Positions 1-8,618 of a stretch of DNA of 31,846 bases are shown here, in pieces. A program made the position numbers and the translations under genes. How positions within the stretch are numbered: position 1 is the first letter of the stretch; each line of letters opens with the position of its first letter. Source of the DNA: a virus (taxonomy: Duplodnaviria; Caudoviricetes); IMG/VR virus record IMGVR_UViG_3300037419_001489, positions 1 to 31,846 of that record; one strand, 5' to 3'. The notes beneath the pieces are model-generated. The model ran no database searches and was not told where the DNA came from. It worked only from the letters and a program-made list of their open reading frames with translations.

Positions 1-1716
1 GGGGTCGTCCTGATAGCTGGACGGCCCCGCCAGGAAGCCCCGCAGGCCGCCGCGGAGCGCGTTGGCGCCGGCTCGGGCGGGCGGGCGCCGGAGCGCCCCG
101 GGGCCGCCCTTCACCAGCCGCTCCAGGTTGCGCACCTTCCGCCCCTGGAGGGCTTCGGACGCCACCTTTCCGGCGATGCCAGCGGCCGGTATCCAGCCCA
201 TCCCGGAGGCCGCGGCCCCGAGCCCGAACATACCCGAGACAGCCCCGGTGGGCGCCAGCTTGCCGAGCATCCGGGTTCCGTTCGTCAGAAGGTCGCCGCG
301 GACGACGCCGCGAATGGCGTCGCGCTCGGCCGGGTCGAATTGCCGGAACAGCGAATTTTTCGGGTCGAGCGCCGGCCGGAGGTTTTGCCGCTGCGCGTTC
401 TGGAGATTGGCGCCGGTGCCGGTCGAGCCCGCCCGGTCCTCCGCCGTGACCAAGGCGCGATCGAGCGCCGACGCCTTCGCCAAGCGCCGGTTGAGCGCCT
501 GGCCCTCGCGCAGCGCGGTCAAACCCTCGCGGGCGCCGCCGCTCTGCGACGTGAGCCACTGCGGATTGTGCTGCACCGCGTCCAGCCACCCGTCTATAGA
601 CTCCGCCAGGATCGCGCCCGTGCGGCGTTCATTGGCGCTGGAGCTACCGCGGAGCGCACTCGCTTGCTGGCGAATGTCGTCCACCCGCCCGAGGCTCACG
701 GGCGACCGCTGGCCCGAGGCGTCCGGCATGTGTGAGCGCGTGAGCGGATCGAGCACGTCCCGGACTTCCGGCTTGGTGTCCGCGTAAATCCCGGCCTGCC
801 GGAGCCGCTGGCGGACCGTGCTGTCCAGGTCGCGAATGGCGTCCGGGGTGAATTGCACGCCGGCCGCCTCTGACCGCGCATAGGCGTCCGTTTTGGCGGT
901 GCGAATGTCCTCCGTGGTCGGCACCGCCGGGCGGCCGGGCTGCGCGATCTTGGCGCCTGCGGCCCCGGTGGCGGCGCCCGCCAGCATACCGAGCACGGCC
1001 GCCGTCTTTGGGCTCGCGCCCATCTCCGTCGCGCTCTGTTGCGTGGCCCCGCCGACCGCGCCGGACACGCCCTGGACGACCGGCTGCGCCGCCAGCGCCC
1101 GCCCCACGCGGCCCGGGATCGTGGCCGCAGCCGTCGCGGCGCCCCCGACGCCGCCCACCAGCCCCTCGCCGGTCGCGGTCGCAATCCGCTCGGCGGTGTT
1201 CTCGGGCTTGGGCTGTAGCTCGACCCCGAGCGCCCGCTTGCCGGCGTCGTTGGCCTTGTCCTGTAGCTCGCTTACGCCCTCCGAAAAGTCCGACGTGAGC
1301 GGGAAATAGCCCCGGCCCTTGCCATAGTAGCTGTCCGGGTTGGGCTCGGACACGATGCCGGTTTTCGCCGCGAGCTTGTGCGCGCCATAGGCGGCATTCG
1401 TGGCCGCGTCGATACCGAGCGTGGCCGGCGCCGCGAGCGCGGTAAGGCCGCCGTGGATCGCGGTCCGCGCCCCGAGCCCCTGGATACGGGCATAGGCGCC
1501 CGCCAGGGTGTCATAGGCCGAGCCCCCTGCGCTCGGTGCATCACTCGGCGCTGCAGGAGCTGACGAAGCCGGCGCGGGCTGCATAGCTCCGCCTCCGGCG
1601 ATTGCCTCCAGCTCGGCGTCCGACATGCCGGAGAAGTCCGGCCCGGCCGGGGCGGCCGGCGGGCCGCCTCCGGCGATTGCCTCCAGCTCGGCGTCCGACA
1701 GCTTCGAGAAGTCCAT
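1..1716 (-). CDS. Ejection/DNA-transfer (internal virion) protein, partial (runs off left edge)
   Basis: Not in the ORF track because it has no stop. ATG at 1716 overlaps the upstream TAA (TAATG); frame is open to position 1: MDFSKLSDAELEAIAGGG...GLVGGVGGAATAAAT...; Gly/Ala-rich, last in the ejection-gene cluster. Confidence 0.8.
   Translation of the reverse strand, partial: MDFSKLSDAELEAIAGGGPPAAPAGPDFSGMSDAELEAIAGGGAMQPAPASSAPAAPSDAPSAGGSAYDTLAGAYARIQGLGARTAIHGGLTALAAPATLGIDAATNAAYGAHKLAAKTGIVSEPNPDSYYGKGRGYFPLTSDFSEGVSELQDKANDAGKRALGVELQPKPENTAERIATATGEGLVGGVGGAATAAATIPGRVGRALAAQPVVQGVSGAVGGATQQSATEMGASPKTAAVLGMLAGAATGAAGAKIAQPGRPAVPTTEDIRTAKTDAYARSEAAGVQFTPDAIRDLDSTVRQRLRQAGIYADTKPEVRDVLDPLTRSHMPDASGQRSPVSLGRVDDIRQQASALRGSSSANERRTGAILAESIDGWLDAVQHNPQWLTSQSGGAREGLTALREGQALNRRLAKASALDRALVTAEDRAGSTGTGANLQNAQRQNLRPALDPKNSLFRQFDPAERDAIRGVVRGDLLTNGTRMLGKLAPTGAVSGMFGLGAAASGMGWIPAAGIAGKVASEALQGRKVRNLERLVKGGPGALRRPPARAGANALRGGLRGFLAGPSSYQDDP
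1589..1700. repeat. 37-bp direct repeat (1589-1625, 1664-1700) encoding SDAELEAIAGG twice
   Basis: ccgcctccggcgattgcctccagctcggcgtccgaca is present twice, 75 bp apart. Confidence 0.95.
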
Positions 1717-3509
1717 TACCGCGCCCCCTGTGCCCGACGCCGCGCCAGCTCGGCCGCCGCAGCGGCCCGCTGTTCGTCCGTGTAGTTCTGCGCGCGAGCC
1801 CGTGCCGCTTGCGCCGCCGCGTTATCCTGCGGGGTGCTGGCCCGGGTCGGCACCGCCGCAGCCGCCTCCGTGGCCCGCCGCTGGCGCTTGGCCTGGAAAT
1901 CGGCTTCCTCCTGGTCGAAATTCCGGTCCACGGTCGGCGCCGTGAAGCGGGTTTTCAGCGAGCCGGAGAAGTCCGACAGGTTGGAATTGTGCCGCTGCGC
2001 GTTCTCGTTATAGCGGCTGATAATCGACTTCTGATCCGCCATGGCATTTTCCAGGGCGTTTTTGATTGCCTCGCGGTTGCCGGTCGAGGCCGCTTGCATG
2101 ACCTGGACGGCGAATTCCCGGTCCGCGTTGGACACGCCTTGCGAGCCGTTGAAATTCTTGATTACGCCCGCAACGCCCTCTTTCATCACGCGCTCGAAAT
2201 TCGAGGTCACGTTGAGGTCGCCGGCCCACGCCTTGAATTTGGGGCTGATTTCCGCGAGCAAATTCACCGCTTGCTTGGTGTAATTACTGCCCTCCGCCGG
2301 GCCGAATAGGCCCTTGCCGTCCAGCACGTCCTTTCGCACGCTCTGGAGCTTGTCGTACGTCTGGACGGATTTCTGGATATTCTCCTGGTAATCCTTGTGC
2401 AGGGTGTCGCGGTCGGCCCGGGTCGCGCTCATAAGCGCCTGCCGCTGTTCGCGCTGCGCGGGGTCCTCTTGCACGTCCTGGATACCGGTCACGGTGTTGC
2501 CCGTGCGGGTCACGCGCCGGGTTTGGCCATCCGGCCCGGTTTCCTCCGTCACGGCGCCGAGCAACTTGCCGACACTGAGGGAGCCGGTTTTCTGGCCGTT
2601 TTTGAATGTGTCCATGCGCTTTTCGCCCGTTTCCGGGTCGGTGTAGACCGGCCCCGTGCGCTCGGCGCCGTCCAGCTCGCCCCGGCGCTTGGCGAGGTAT
2701 TCCAGCGCCTTTTCGTCGTCCATGCCGCCCACGGCCGCGATTTCGCCCGGGGACATGCCCGCGGTCACGCCCGATTGCGGGGCCGGAGCGGCACCGCTCG
2801 CGCCCGGGACCGCCGCAGCGGTCGGCGCCGCCGCAGCGGTCGGCGCCGCCGCAGGGGCCGCGGCCGGCATGACACCGTTGGCGTCCGGCATGAGCGACGT
2901 GCTCCCAACGCCCGTGGCCGGGGCACCGCCCGAGCTGGCGCCACCGGCTCCAGGAACGCCGAGCTTGGCCGCGCCCGAGCCCCCGAGCAAGGCCCGGACG
3001 TAGGCGCTCTTTTGCTCGGCCTGCTGTTGCTTGCGCTCGGCCAGCCGGGCGTTCGCCATCTCCAGGCGCATTTTCGCGAAGGCGTTCAACTGGCCCGAAT
3101 TGTCGAGCGCGTCGCCGGCTTTCGAGAGAATGGCCGCACGCTGGTCGCCGGTCATCCGCCCGCTGGCGCTCAAGAGGATGAGCCCGAGCTTCTGGATGCT
3201 CTGCATATTGAGCTGGCGCATCTGGCCCACGGTAACGCCCGTGTTCGGGTCCAGCTTGTCGTCCCCGGGCTGTGCGCCGCCCCCGCCGAACAGATTTCCG
3301 AGGAAGCCGCCGAGGCCGCCCCCGCCAGCCGGAGCCGCGGCCGGAGCCGCGGCCGGAGCTGCGGCCGGCACCGCGCCCGTCGTGGCCGGCTCGGGGGCCG
3401 GTGCCGGGGCCTGCGGTGCGTCCGGCTGCTGTTGCGCCACGGCCGTCAACGACTGCATCGGGTCCGACGACCAGGGATTGAGCCCGAGGAAACCGCTACC
3501 GCCCGCCAT
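1716..3509 (-). CDS. Ejection/DNA-transfer protein (597 aa, Ala/Pro/Gly-rich, helical C-terminal half)
   Basis: Coupled to neighbours by TAATG overlaps; composition and position typical of podophage internal proteins. Confidence 0.75.
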   Translation of the reverse strand: MAGGSGFLGLNPWSSDPMQSLTAVAQQQPDAPQAPAPAPEPATTGAVPAAAPAAAPAAAPAGGGGLGGFLGNLFGGGGAQPGDDKLDPNTGVTVGQMRQLNMQSIQKLGLILLSASGRMTGDQRAAILSKAGDALDNSGQLNAFAKMRLEMANARLAERKQQQAEQKSAYVRALLGGSGAAKLGVPGAGGASSGGAPATGVGSTSLMPDANGVMPAAAPAAAPTAAAAPTAAAVPGASGAAPAPQSGVTAGMSPGEIAAVGGMDDEKALEYLAKRRGELDGAERTGPVYTDPETGEKRMDTFKNGQKTGSLSVGKLLGAVTEETGPDGQTRRVTRTGNTVTGIQDVQEDPAQREQRQALMSATRADRDTLHKDYQENIQKSVQTYDKLQSVRKDVLDGKGLFGPAEGSNYTKQAVNLLAEISPKFKAWAGDLNVTSNFERVMKEGVAGVIKNFNGSQGVSNADREFAVQVMQAASTGNREAIKNALENAMADQKSIISRYNENAQRHNSNLSDFSGSLKTRFTAPTVDRNFDQEEADFQAKRQRRATEAAAAVPTRASTPQDNAAAQAARARAQNYTDEQRAAAAAELARRRAQGAR

Positions 3510-4780
3510 TACGCAATCCTCCGCCCGCGCTTCGATGCCTGGAGAAGCGGCAGCAACGACGCCTCCGGCTTGTGGTCCTCCGGTGCCGGCCCGAATTGCA
3601 TGGGCGCCCGCTGTGTCGTCCCGCCGCCCCCGAGAAGCGACGGCAGGGCCTTGACCAGCCCGCCGATCGCGCCGCCCCCGGGCTGCGCCATCATGTCGGA
3701 CATCTTGGCCCCGAAATCCTTATTCATGCCGGGCTGGGATTGGTCGCCCATGCCGAACAGCCCGAGAATACCGCCCTTGTACGTGTTGTCCGGCGCCGGG
3801 TTGAGGTTCTGCACCCCGCCTTGGGCGTTGGCCGCCGCGACGGTCGGCCCCTGGCCGCGGTTGGCGTCCGGGCTCGCGGCGAGCTGCGGGACGAATTGGT
3901 CCCCGCCGAGGTTGGCCGGCTTGGCGTTGTTGTACGCGGTGCGCCACTTCGCCAGCATGTCGGACGCGGACAGGCCGGCGCCGCCGTTGAGCCGCATGGC
4001 GGCGTCCCCGGTCGTCTGGCCATTGCGCAGCTTGAGATAGCCGCCGATGCCCTGCTGATGCGCGGCGTACAGGTCGGCGCCGTCCGGCGTGATCCCCTTG
4101 GCCTGCATCGTCCGCATGTTCTGCGCCGCCATGTCGGCCGCGGCCTTGGCGGAGGCATAGGGGTCCATCGGGTCAATCCCGAACGCTTTGGCGGTCGAGC
4201 GGATGAATTGGAAGTCACCCCGGGCGGAGCTGTTTTTGTTGACGAGATTGGTGCCGTTCGCGCTTTCGATCGCACGGGTTCGGGCCAGGAAGCCGGGCGG
4301 CAAGCCGCGCTCTTGCTCGAGCTGCTGATAGTAGGCCCCGAGCGGCTGGCGCATCATGCCGCCGCCGGCATTCGAGGCCGGAGCGGGCGCCGGGGCAGCC
4401 GGGGGCTGCGCCAGGGTCACGGATTGCTCCGGGAGGACCACCCCGCCCGGCTGCGGCCGGATGATCGCGGCCCCGCCCCGGGCCGCCGGAGAGGCCGCCG
4501 GGAGCTGCATCGGGGGCGAAGCCGCGGACGGCTGGCCCGGGAGCGGGGCCGCGAACTGTGAGGCCCCCGGGAGGGGCGTGGCCGCCCCTTCCGAGTTGCC
4601 GCCGACGTAGCCGGCCGCGGGGTTGGCCTCGACCGGATCGGCATTCGGCTGCGCGGGCGGGATCACGTTCGGGCCGGCGAACGGCGGGGAGGCCGGAGCC
4701 GCCCCACCGTTGGCCCGAAGCGCCTCCGCCTCCGCCCCGAAGACGATGCGCTTTCGCACGGGATCATAGACGGACAGCAT
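3509..4780 (-). CDS. Virion-associated lytic transglycosylase (SLT-like) ejection protein
   Basis: SLT motifs GLPPGFLARTRAIES (catalytic Glu), SSARGDFQFIRST and LYAAHQQG, flanked by Pro/Ala-rich arms. Confidence 0.85.
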   Translation of the reverse strand: MLSVYDPVRKRIVFGAEAEALRANGGAAPASPPFAGPNVIPPAQPNADPVEANPAAGYVGGNSEGAATPLPGASQFAAPLPGQPSAASPPMQLPAASPAARGGAAIIRPQPGGVVLPEQSVTLAQPPAAPAPAPASNAGGGMMRQPLGAYYQQLEQERGLPPGFLARTRAIESANGTNLVNKNSSARGDFQFIRSTAKAFGIDPMDPYASAKAAADMAAQNMRTMQAKGITPDGADLYAAHQQGIGGYLKLRNGQTTGDAAMRLNGGAGLSASDMLAKWRTAYNNAKPANLGGDQFVPQLAASPDANRGQGPTVAAANAQGGVQNLNPAPDNTYKGGILGLFGMGDQSQPGMNKDFGAKMSDMMAQPGGGAIGGLVKALPSLLGGGGTTQRAPMQFGPAPEDHKPEASLLPLLQASKRGRRIA

Positions 4781-6484
4781 TTAGGCGGCCTTTTTCGCGA
4801 GGAACCCACGCTTTTTCGCGATGTGCTGGCCCACCTTCTGATAGTCCACCGCATCGTAAACCTTGCCGTCCGCCGCTTTGGCACGGGCCAAGGCGCTCGG
4901 GACCACCTTTTTGACTTCATCGGCCATGACGCCGATGTGCTTTTGCCCCTTCGGGCCACCCATTTTGTCCTTATATTCGTATTCGTACGCGTTGAGGCCG
5001 GGCGCACCGGTCGGCCCGAGCTTGCGAATATTCTTTTTCGTCTTCGGGTCAGAAAACAGCATCGGCAGGATAGACAGCGCACCGCCGAGAATGCCCATTC
5101 CGGTATTCGAGGACGTGCCGCCGGACTGCTGCCCCACGCTGGTCGTCGTCTTTCCGTACGGCGACATACCGAGCGCGGCCAACCGGGTGTTGAGCGCGTC
5201 CACCGGGGCGTTGTACGCGCCTTCCCAAGCGGCCTTGGCCGCGTTCAGGTTGGCTTGCTGGCGCGCTTCCTCTTGCTGGCCGAGCGCCGACGCCAGGGCG
5301 GATTGCGCCGTACCGGTCTGGCTATACGCCTGCCCAGTCCCCAAGAGCCCCTGCGCGCCGGAAATGGCCGTGCTGGCGTTGAGATTGGCCGCCGACAGGC
5401 CCGCACCCTGGTTCGCAATCTGCGCCTGGAGCCGCTGCGCGTTCGTCGTGAGGCCCGCTTGCTGGTTCCCCTGGAGGATGCCGGCGTTGAGGGCGTTGTT
5501 GGTGTTGAAGCTCGATTGATTGGCCATGTCGGCCGTGAGCTTCTGGCCGGCATTGGCGAGGTAATTCGCGGAATTCGACGTGTCGGCCGCGAGCCGCTGC
5601 GCGGCCGTGGTGAGCGCGGAATTCTGGTTGCCCTGCCGAATGCCGGCGTTGAGGGCTTCGGTCGCCAGCCCGGCTTGCTGGTTGGACTGCGACCGGACCG
5701 TGTTCTGCTGTTGCGTGTTGAGCGCGGAATTCTGGTTGGCCAAGGCGGCCTGGAGCGCGGAGGCGTTGTCGTTCTGCGCCAGCGTCGTCGCCCGGGTGTA
5801 GGCGGTATCCCGCAACCCGGCCTCCGTGGCGGCCATATCCTTCGCGCCCTGCGAGGCCAGAACGGCTTGCTGCACCCCCGAGCGGCTGGAGCCCCACGCG
5901 CCCGAGCCCCGGGCGGCGTCGTCCGCCTTCTGGCCCGAAATGGCGAGGTTGTCGCGCATCCCCGAAAGCGTCGTGTCCACGACGTTCTGAGTGTAGGGGC
6001 TGAGATAGCCGGACAGGTCGGTTTGCGGCAGGGTGCGCGCGGACACGTCGGCCACGCCGGTCGCCGCGGCGATCGGGGCGACGCCCTTGCTCTCGGTCAC
6101 GTCCCGGACTGCCTGCGGCTGCGCAATCTCGCGATAGCCGAGCCCGCCGGTCACGTCGCCCGCCCGCGCGAAGGTCGGCACGTTCGCGACGCCGCCCGGC
6201 ATGGACACCATCTGCGGCTGGTAATTGGTCGGCAGGTTGCCGAAGGCCGCCTGCGCCGCCGCCAGCGCCGAATTGGTCCGGTCGGCGGTGTTGTTGAGGT
6301 TGTTGTTCGCCCAAATGGTCGCGGCGCTGTTGTCCGCGACTTGCTGGCCCTGGTAGGACTGATAAGGGCGATCCGCGACTTGTTGCGCGAATTGATAGTT
6401 TTGCTGCGAGGCGTTATCGACCCACGCGGGAAGCTCGACCTTCTGAATTTGTGTGGTCGTCGTTGGCTGTTGCGAGCCGCCCAT
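4781..6484 (-). CDS. Ejection/pilot-like protein with C-terminal peptidase S74 (autocleaving chaperone) domain
   Basis: N-term MGGSQQPTTTTQ...LPAW; repeated NQxAxL units; C-term SDPKTKKNI...YEY...IGVMADEV...VDY matches the S74 pattern. Confidence 0.85.
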   Translation of the reverse strand: MGGSQQPTTTTQIQKVELPAWVDNASQQNYQFAQQVADRPYQSYQGQQVADNSAATIWANNNLNNTADRTNSALAAAQAAFGNLPTNYQPQMVSMPGGVANVPTFARAGDVTGGLGYREIAQPQAVRDVTESKGVAPIAAATGVADVSARTLPQTDLSGYLSPYTQNVVDTTLSGMRDNLAISGQKADDAARGSGAWGSSRSGVQQAVLASQGAKDMAATEAGLRDTAYTRATTLAQNDNASALQAALANQNSALNTQQQNTVRSQSNQQAGLATEALNAGIRQGNQNSALTTAAQRLAADTSNSANYLANAGQKLTADMANQSSFNTNNALNAGILQGNQQAGLTTNAQRLQAQIANQGAGLSAANLNASTAISGAQGLLGTGQAYSQTGTAQSALASALGQQEEARQQANLNAAKAAWEGAYNAPVDALNTRLAALGMSPYGKTTTSVGQQSGGTSSNTGMGILGGALSILPMLFSDPKTKKNIRKLGPTGAPGLNAYEYEYKDKMGGPKGQKHIGVMADEVKKVVPSALARAKAADGKVYDAVDYQKVGQHIAKKRGFLAKKAA

Positions 6485-6490
6485 AGTCCG

Positions 6491-6847
6491 TTACTCCAGC
6501 AATTTGCGGAATTTAACGGTCGAAGGGCCATAACCGTCGGCTAGTTTATTATGGACCCGCGTCCATCCGGGGCGGCCGTCCATCTCGATACATTGGCACC
6601 CGGCGGACCGGGCGAACGTCTCCACCTTCGCGTTCAACTCGGGGATGGCGGCCATTCGGCCAGCAACCGCAACGACGTAGCAGGTTTTGTAACGCCCGGA
6701 AACGCCGATTGAGGTCACGCCCACCGCTCCGGGGACTTCCCAAAACTGCATTTCCCCGGCGCGGGCCTTCTCCACCACGGCGTCAAAGTCGAGGCGCCCG
6801 CCCGCGAGCGCCTTTTTCAGCCGCCGCAGCAACTCATCCTTGGACAT
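6491..6847 (-). CDS. Small virion-associated protein, GNAT-like fold (start could be 6871)
   Basis: VETFARSAGCQCIEMDGRPGWTRV resembles the acetyltransferase-like family found before ejection genes in podophages. Confidence 0.65.
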   Translation of the reverse strand: MSKDELLRRLKKALAGGRLDFDAVVEKARAGEMQFWEVPGAVGVTSIGVSGRYKTCYVVAVAGRMAAIPELNAKVETFARSAGCQCIEMDGRPGWTRVHNKLADGYGPSTVKFRKLLE

Positions 6848-7088
6848 ATTCGGCGGTGATTTGGCCGTCATCGGACACCGTTACGCGATACGCTTTGCCC
6901 GAGGGCGACAGCAGGTGGAAATACGGGGCGGCTTGGTCGCGGCTGAGAACCCGGCCGAAGCCGTCTTTCAGCATACGGACCAGCGTGCGGACGAATTCGA
7001 GCTGGCCCGGGTTTTTGAAGACTTCGCCCGGGTCGTTGAGCTGGTCGAGCGGCCCGGCGACCCGGGCCACATTTCCGCGCAGCGCCAT
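6834..7088 (-). CDS. Hypothetical small tail protein
   Basis: ATG directly after the nozzle stop; LLSPSGKAYRVTVSDDGQITA is a motif seen in phage fibre/needle C-termini. Confidence 0.65.
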   Translation of the reverse strand: MALRGNVARVAGPLDQLNDPGEVFKNPGQLEFVRTLVRMLKDGFGRVLSRDQAAPYFHLLSPSGKAYRVTVSDDGQITAEYVQG

Positions 7089-8618
7089 TTATCGCCTCCC
7101 CCGTTGCACGGCGGTAAAATTCAGGGCGCCGACACTCCACGGAACGTCTTTCAGCCCGACCACGCGAAACGAAAAATCCCGGGCGGTAAAGCGCGTGTCC
7201 ATGTAGCCGTTGGCCCGCGGGGTCCAGCTCCCGAGCGCCCGGTATTCGCCCCCGCGCACCGTCACGCCGGAAAAGTCGAACCGGATGGCGCCCGCGGCGG
7301 CGCCCGCCCCCGGGCGGCCGTCCACCATGGTTTGCGTGACAGTCCAGTTATTGTCCGCGTCGTCAAAGCTCACGGCGGAGCATTCCGCCCACACCGTACC
7401 TTCGCGCGGGGCGCCGGCCGCGAGGGTGCCCATTTCGTGCTGGTAGACCATGCCGTCCGGGGCGCCCGCCATGGGATAGCCCTCGATTAAGTCGGGATAG
7501 AAAAAGGTTCGCGCCAGGGCACCGTCCGCCCACCAGCCGTCCACGTAATTAAAAATCACGTAGCGGTCATTTTCCGGCGTCGTCACGTTCTGCCCGCGGG
7601 ACGGGTAAAACCACCAGATTTCCGGGTAAACGCCATTCGCCCCCGCGCAGACGCGGCGGGGCGCCAGCTTGAAATCCAGGTGCTCGGACGGGTCCAGGTC
7701 GAGGGTGCAGGCAAGCGGCTGGACAACGCCACCTTCGAATTTGTGAAACGTCCGCTTCCCCATCCAGTAGGCTTTTCCGGCCGCGACCGCGACCGCCTGC
7801 GGGGAAATGGGCGCCACGTTCTCGGCCAGCTTCGTGAAGCCGTAAAAGTACGGGCTCCCGATATATTGCGCGATCCACACGGACGTTTGCGTGAAAATCA
7901 GCACCCCGCCCGGGATTTTCTTCGCGGACAGGATTTTGCCGGCCGCGTCCAGGTCATTAAACCCGGCCTGTCCGGTCACGTTGGCGTAATTCCATCCCTC
8001 GCGGTTGCCCTGGTCAGACCACGCCACGCGGTTCGGCACGCCGTCGCCGCCGAAGGTCATCAAATGATGTTCCTCCGTGGACAAAAACCCCTGGACCAGG
8101 GTCGGGACGTTGGGGGCGACGATCGGGGCCGCGGTCGGGTCGGACGGTTTCCAGACATGAATGCGGCCGTCCCCGGAATGGCCGAACAGCAATTCTTCGC
8201 CCCAATTGTCGAGGCAAAACGCAATCGGCGGGTCCGTGGTGAGTATCGAGCCGCCGCGGGCTTCGTCGTCCTGGCCGAAATCCTTCAAGCCGAAATCGCC
8301 CGAGCCGAAGCCGCGGGCGGCCGTGCTCGCCACGTCCAGGAAATCCGGCGGAGTAATGTCGGTCCAGACGCCGTTTTCCAACCGCCAGACCTTGCCGTCG
8401 CACAGCACGGCGGAGTGTTTGTGGAAATTGTTGTCCGTCCAGGTGTGGCCGGCGCGCGGCGCGCTCCCGAGCGGTTGGGGCGTGATGCGCTCCCACCCGG
8501 CCACCGGGCGCAGGTTGCCTTCGTGCCAGCGGATCAAACTGCCGTCGTACCAACGGCCCGGGACCATGGCGCGGCTTTCGCCGCGGACGATACCGGCGGG
8601 GATGCGGAGCGCGGGCAT
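7089..8618 (-). CDS. Tail nozzle / DNA stabilization protein (tubular protein B / P22 gp10-like, beta-propeller)
   Basis: Start MPALRIPAG at a TGATG overlap; motifs VAWSDQ..W, EIWWFYPS, DRYVIFNY..GWW; ~509 aa. Confidence 0.85.
   Translation of the reverse strand: MPALRIPAGIVRGESRAMVPGRWYDGSLIRWHEGNLRPVAGWERITPQPLGSAPRAGHTWTDNNFHKHSAVLCDGKVWRLENGVWTDITPPDFLDVASTAARGFGSGDFGLKDFGQDDEARGGSILTTDPPIAFCLDNWGEELLFGHSGDGRIHVWKPSDPTAAPIVAPNVPTLVQGFLSTEEHHLMTFGGDGVPNRVAWSDQGNREGWNYANVTGQAGFNDLDAAGKILSAKKIPGGVLIFTQTSVWIAQYIGSPYFYGFTKLAENVAPISPQAVAVAAGKAYWMGKRTFHKFEGGVVQPLACTLDLDPSEHLDFKLAPRRVCAGANGVYPEIWWFYPSRGQNVTTPENDRYVIFNYVDGWWADGALARTFFYPDLIEGYPMAGAPDGMVYQHEMGTLAAGAPREGTVWAECSAVSFDDADNNWTVTQTMVDGRPGAGAAAGAIRFDFSGVTVRGGEYRALGSWTPRANGYMDTRFTARDFSFRVVGLKDVPWSVGALNFTAVQRGRR

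Noticed and set aside
2811-3368. Short tandem repeats (18-bp and 12-bp units)
   Set aside because: They simply encode PTAAAA/PAAA linkers in the ejection protein
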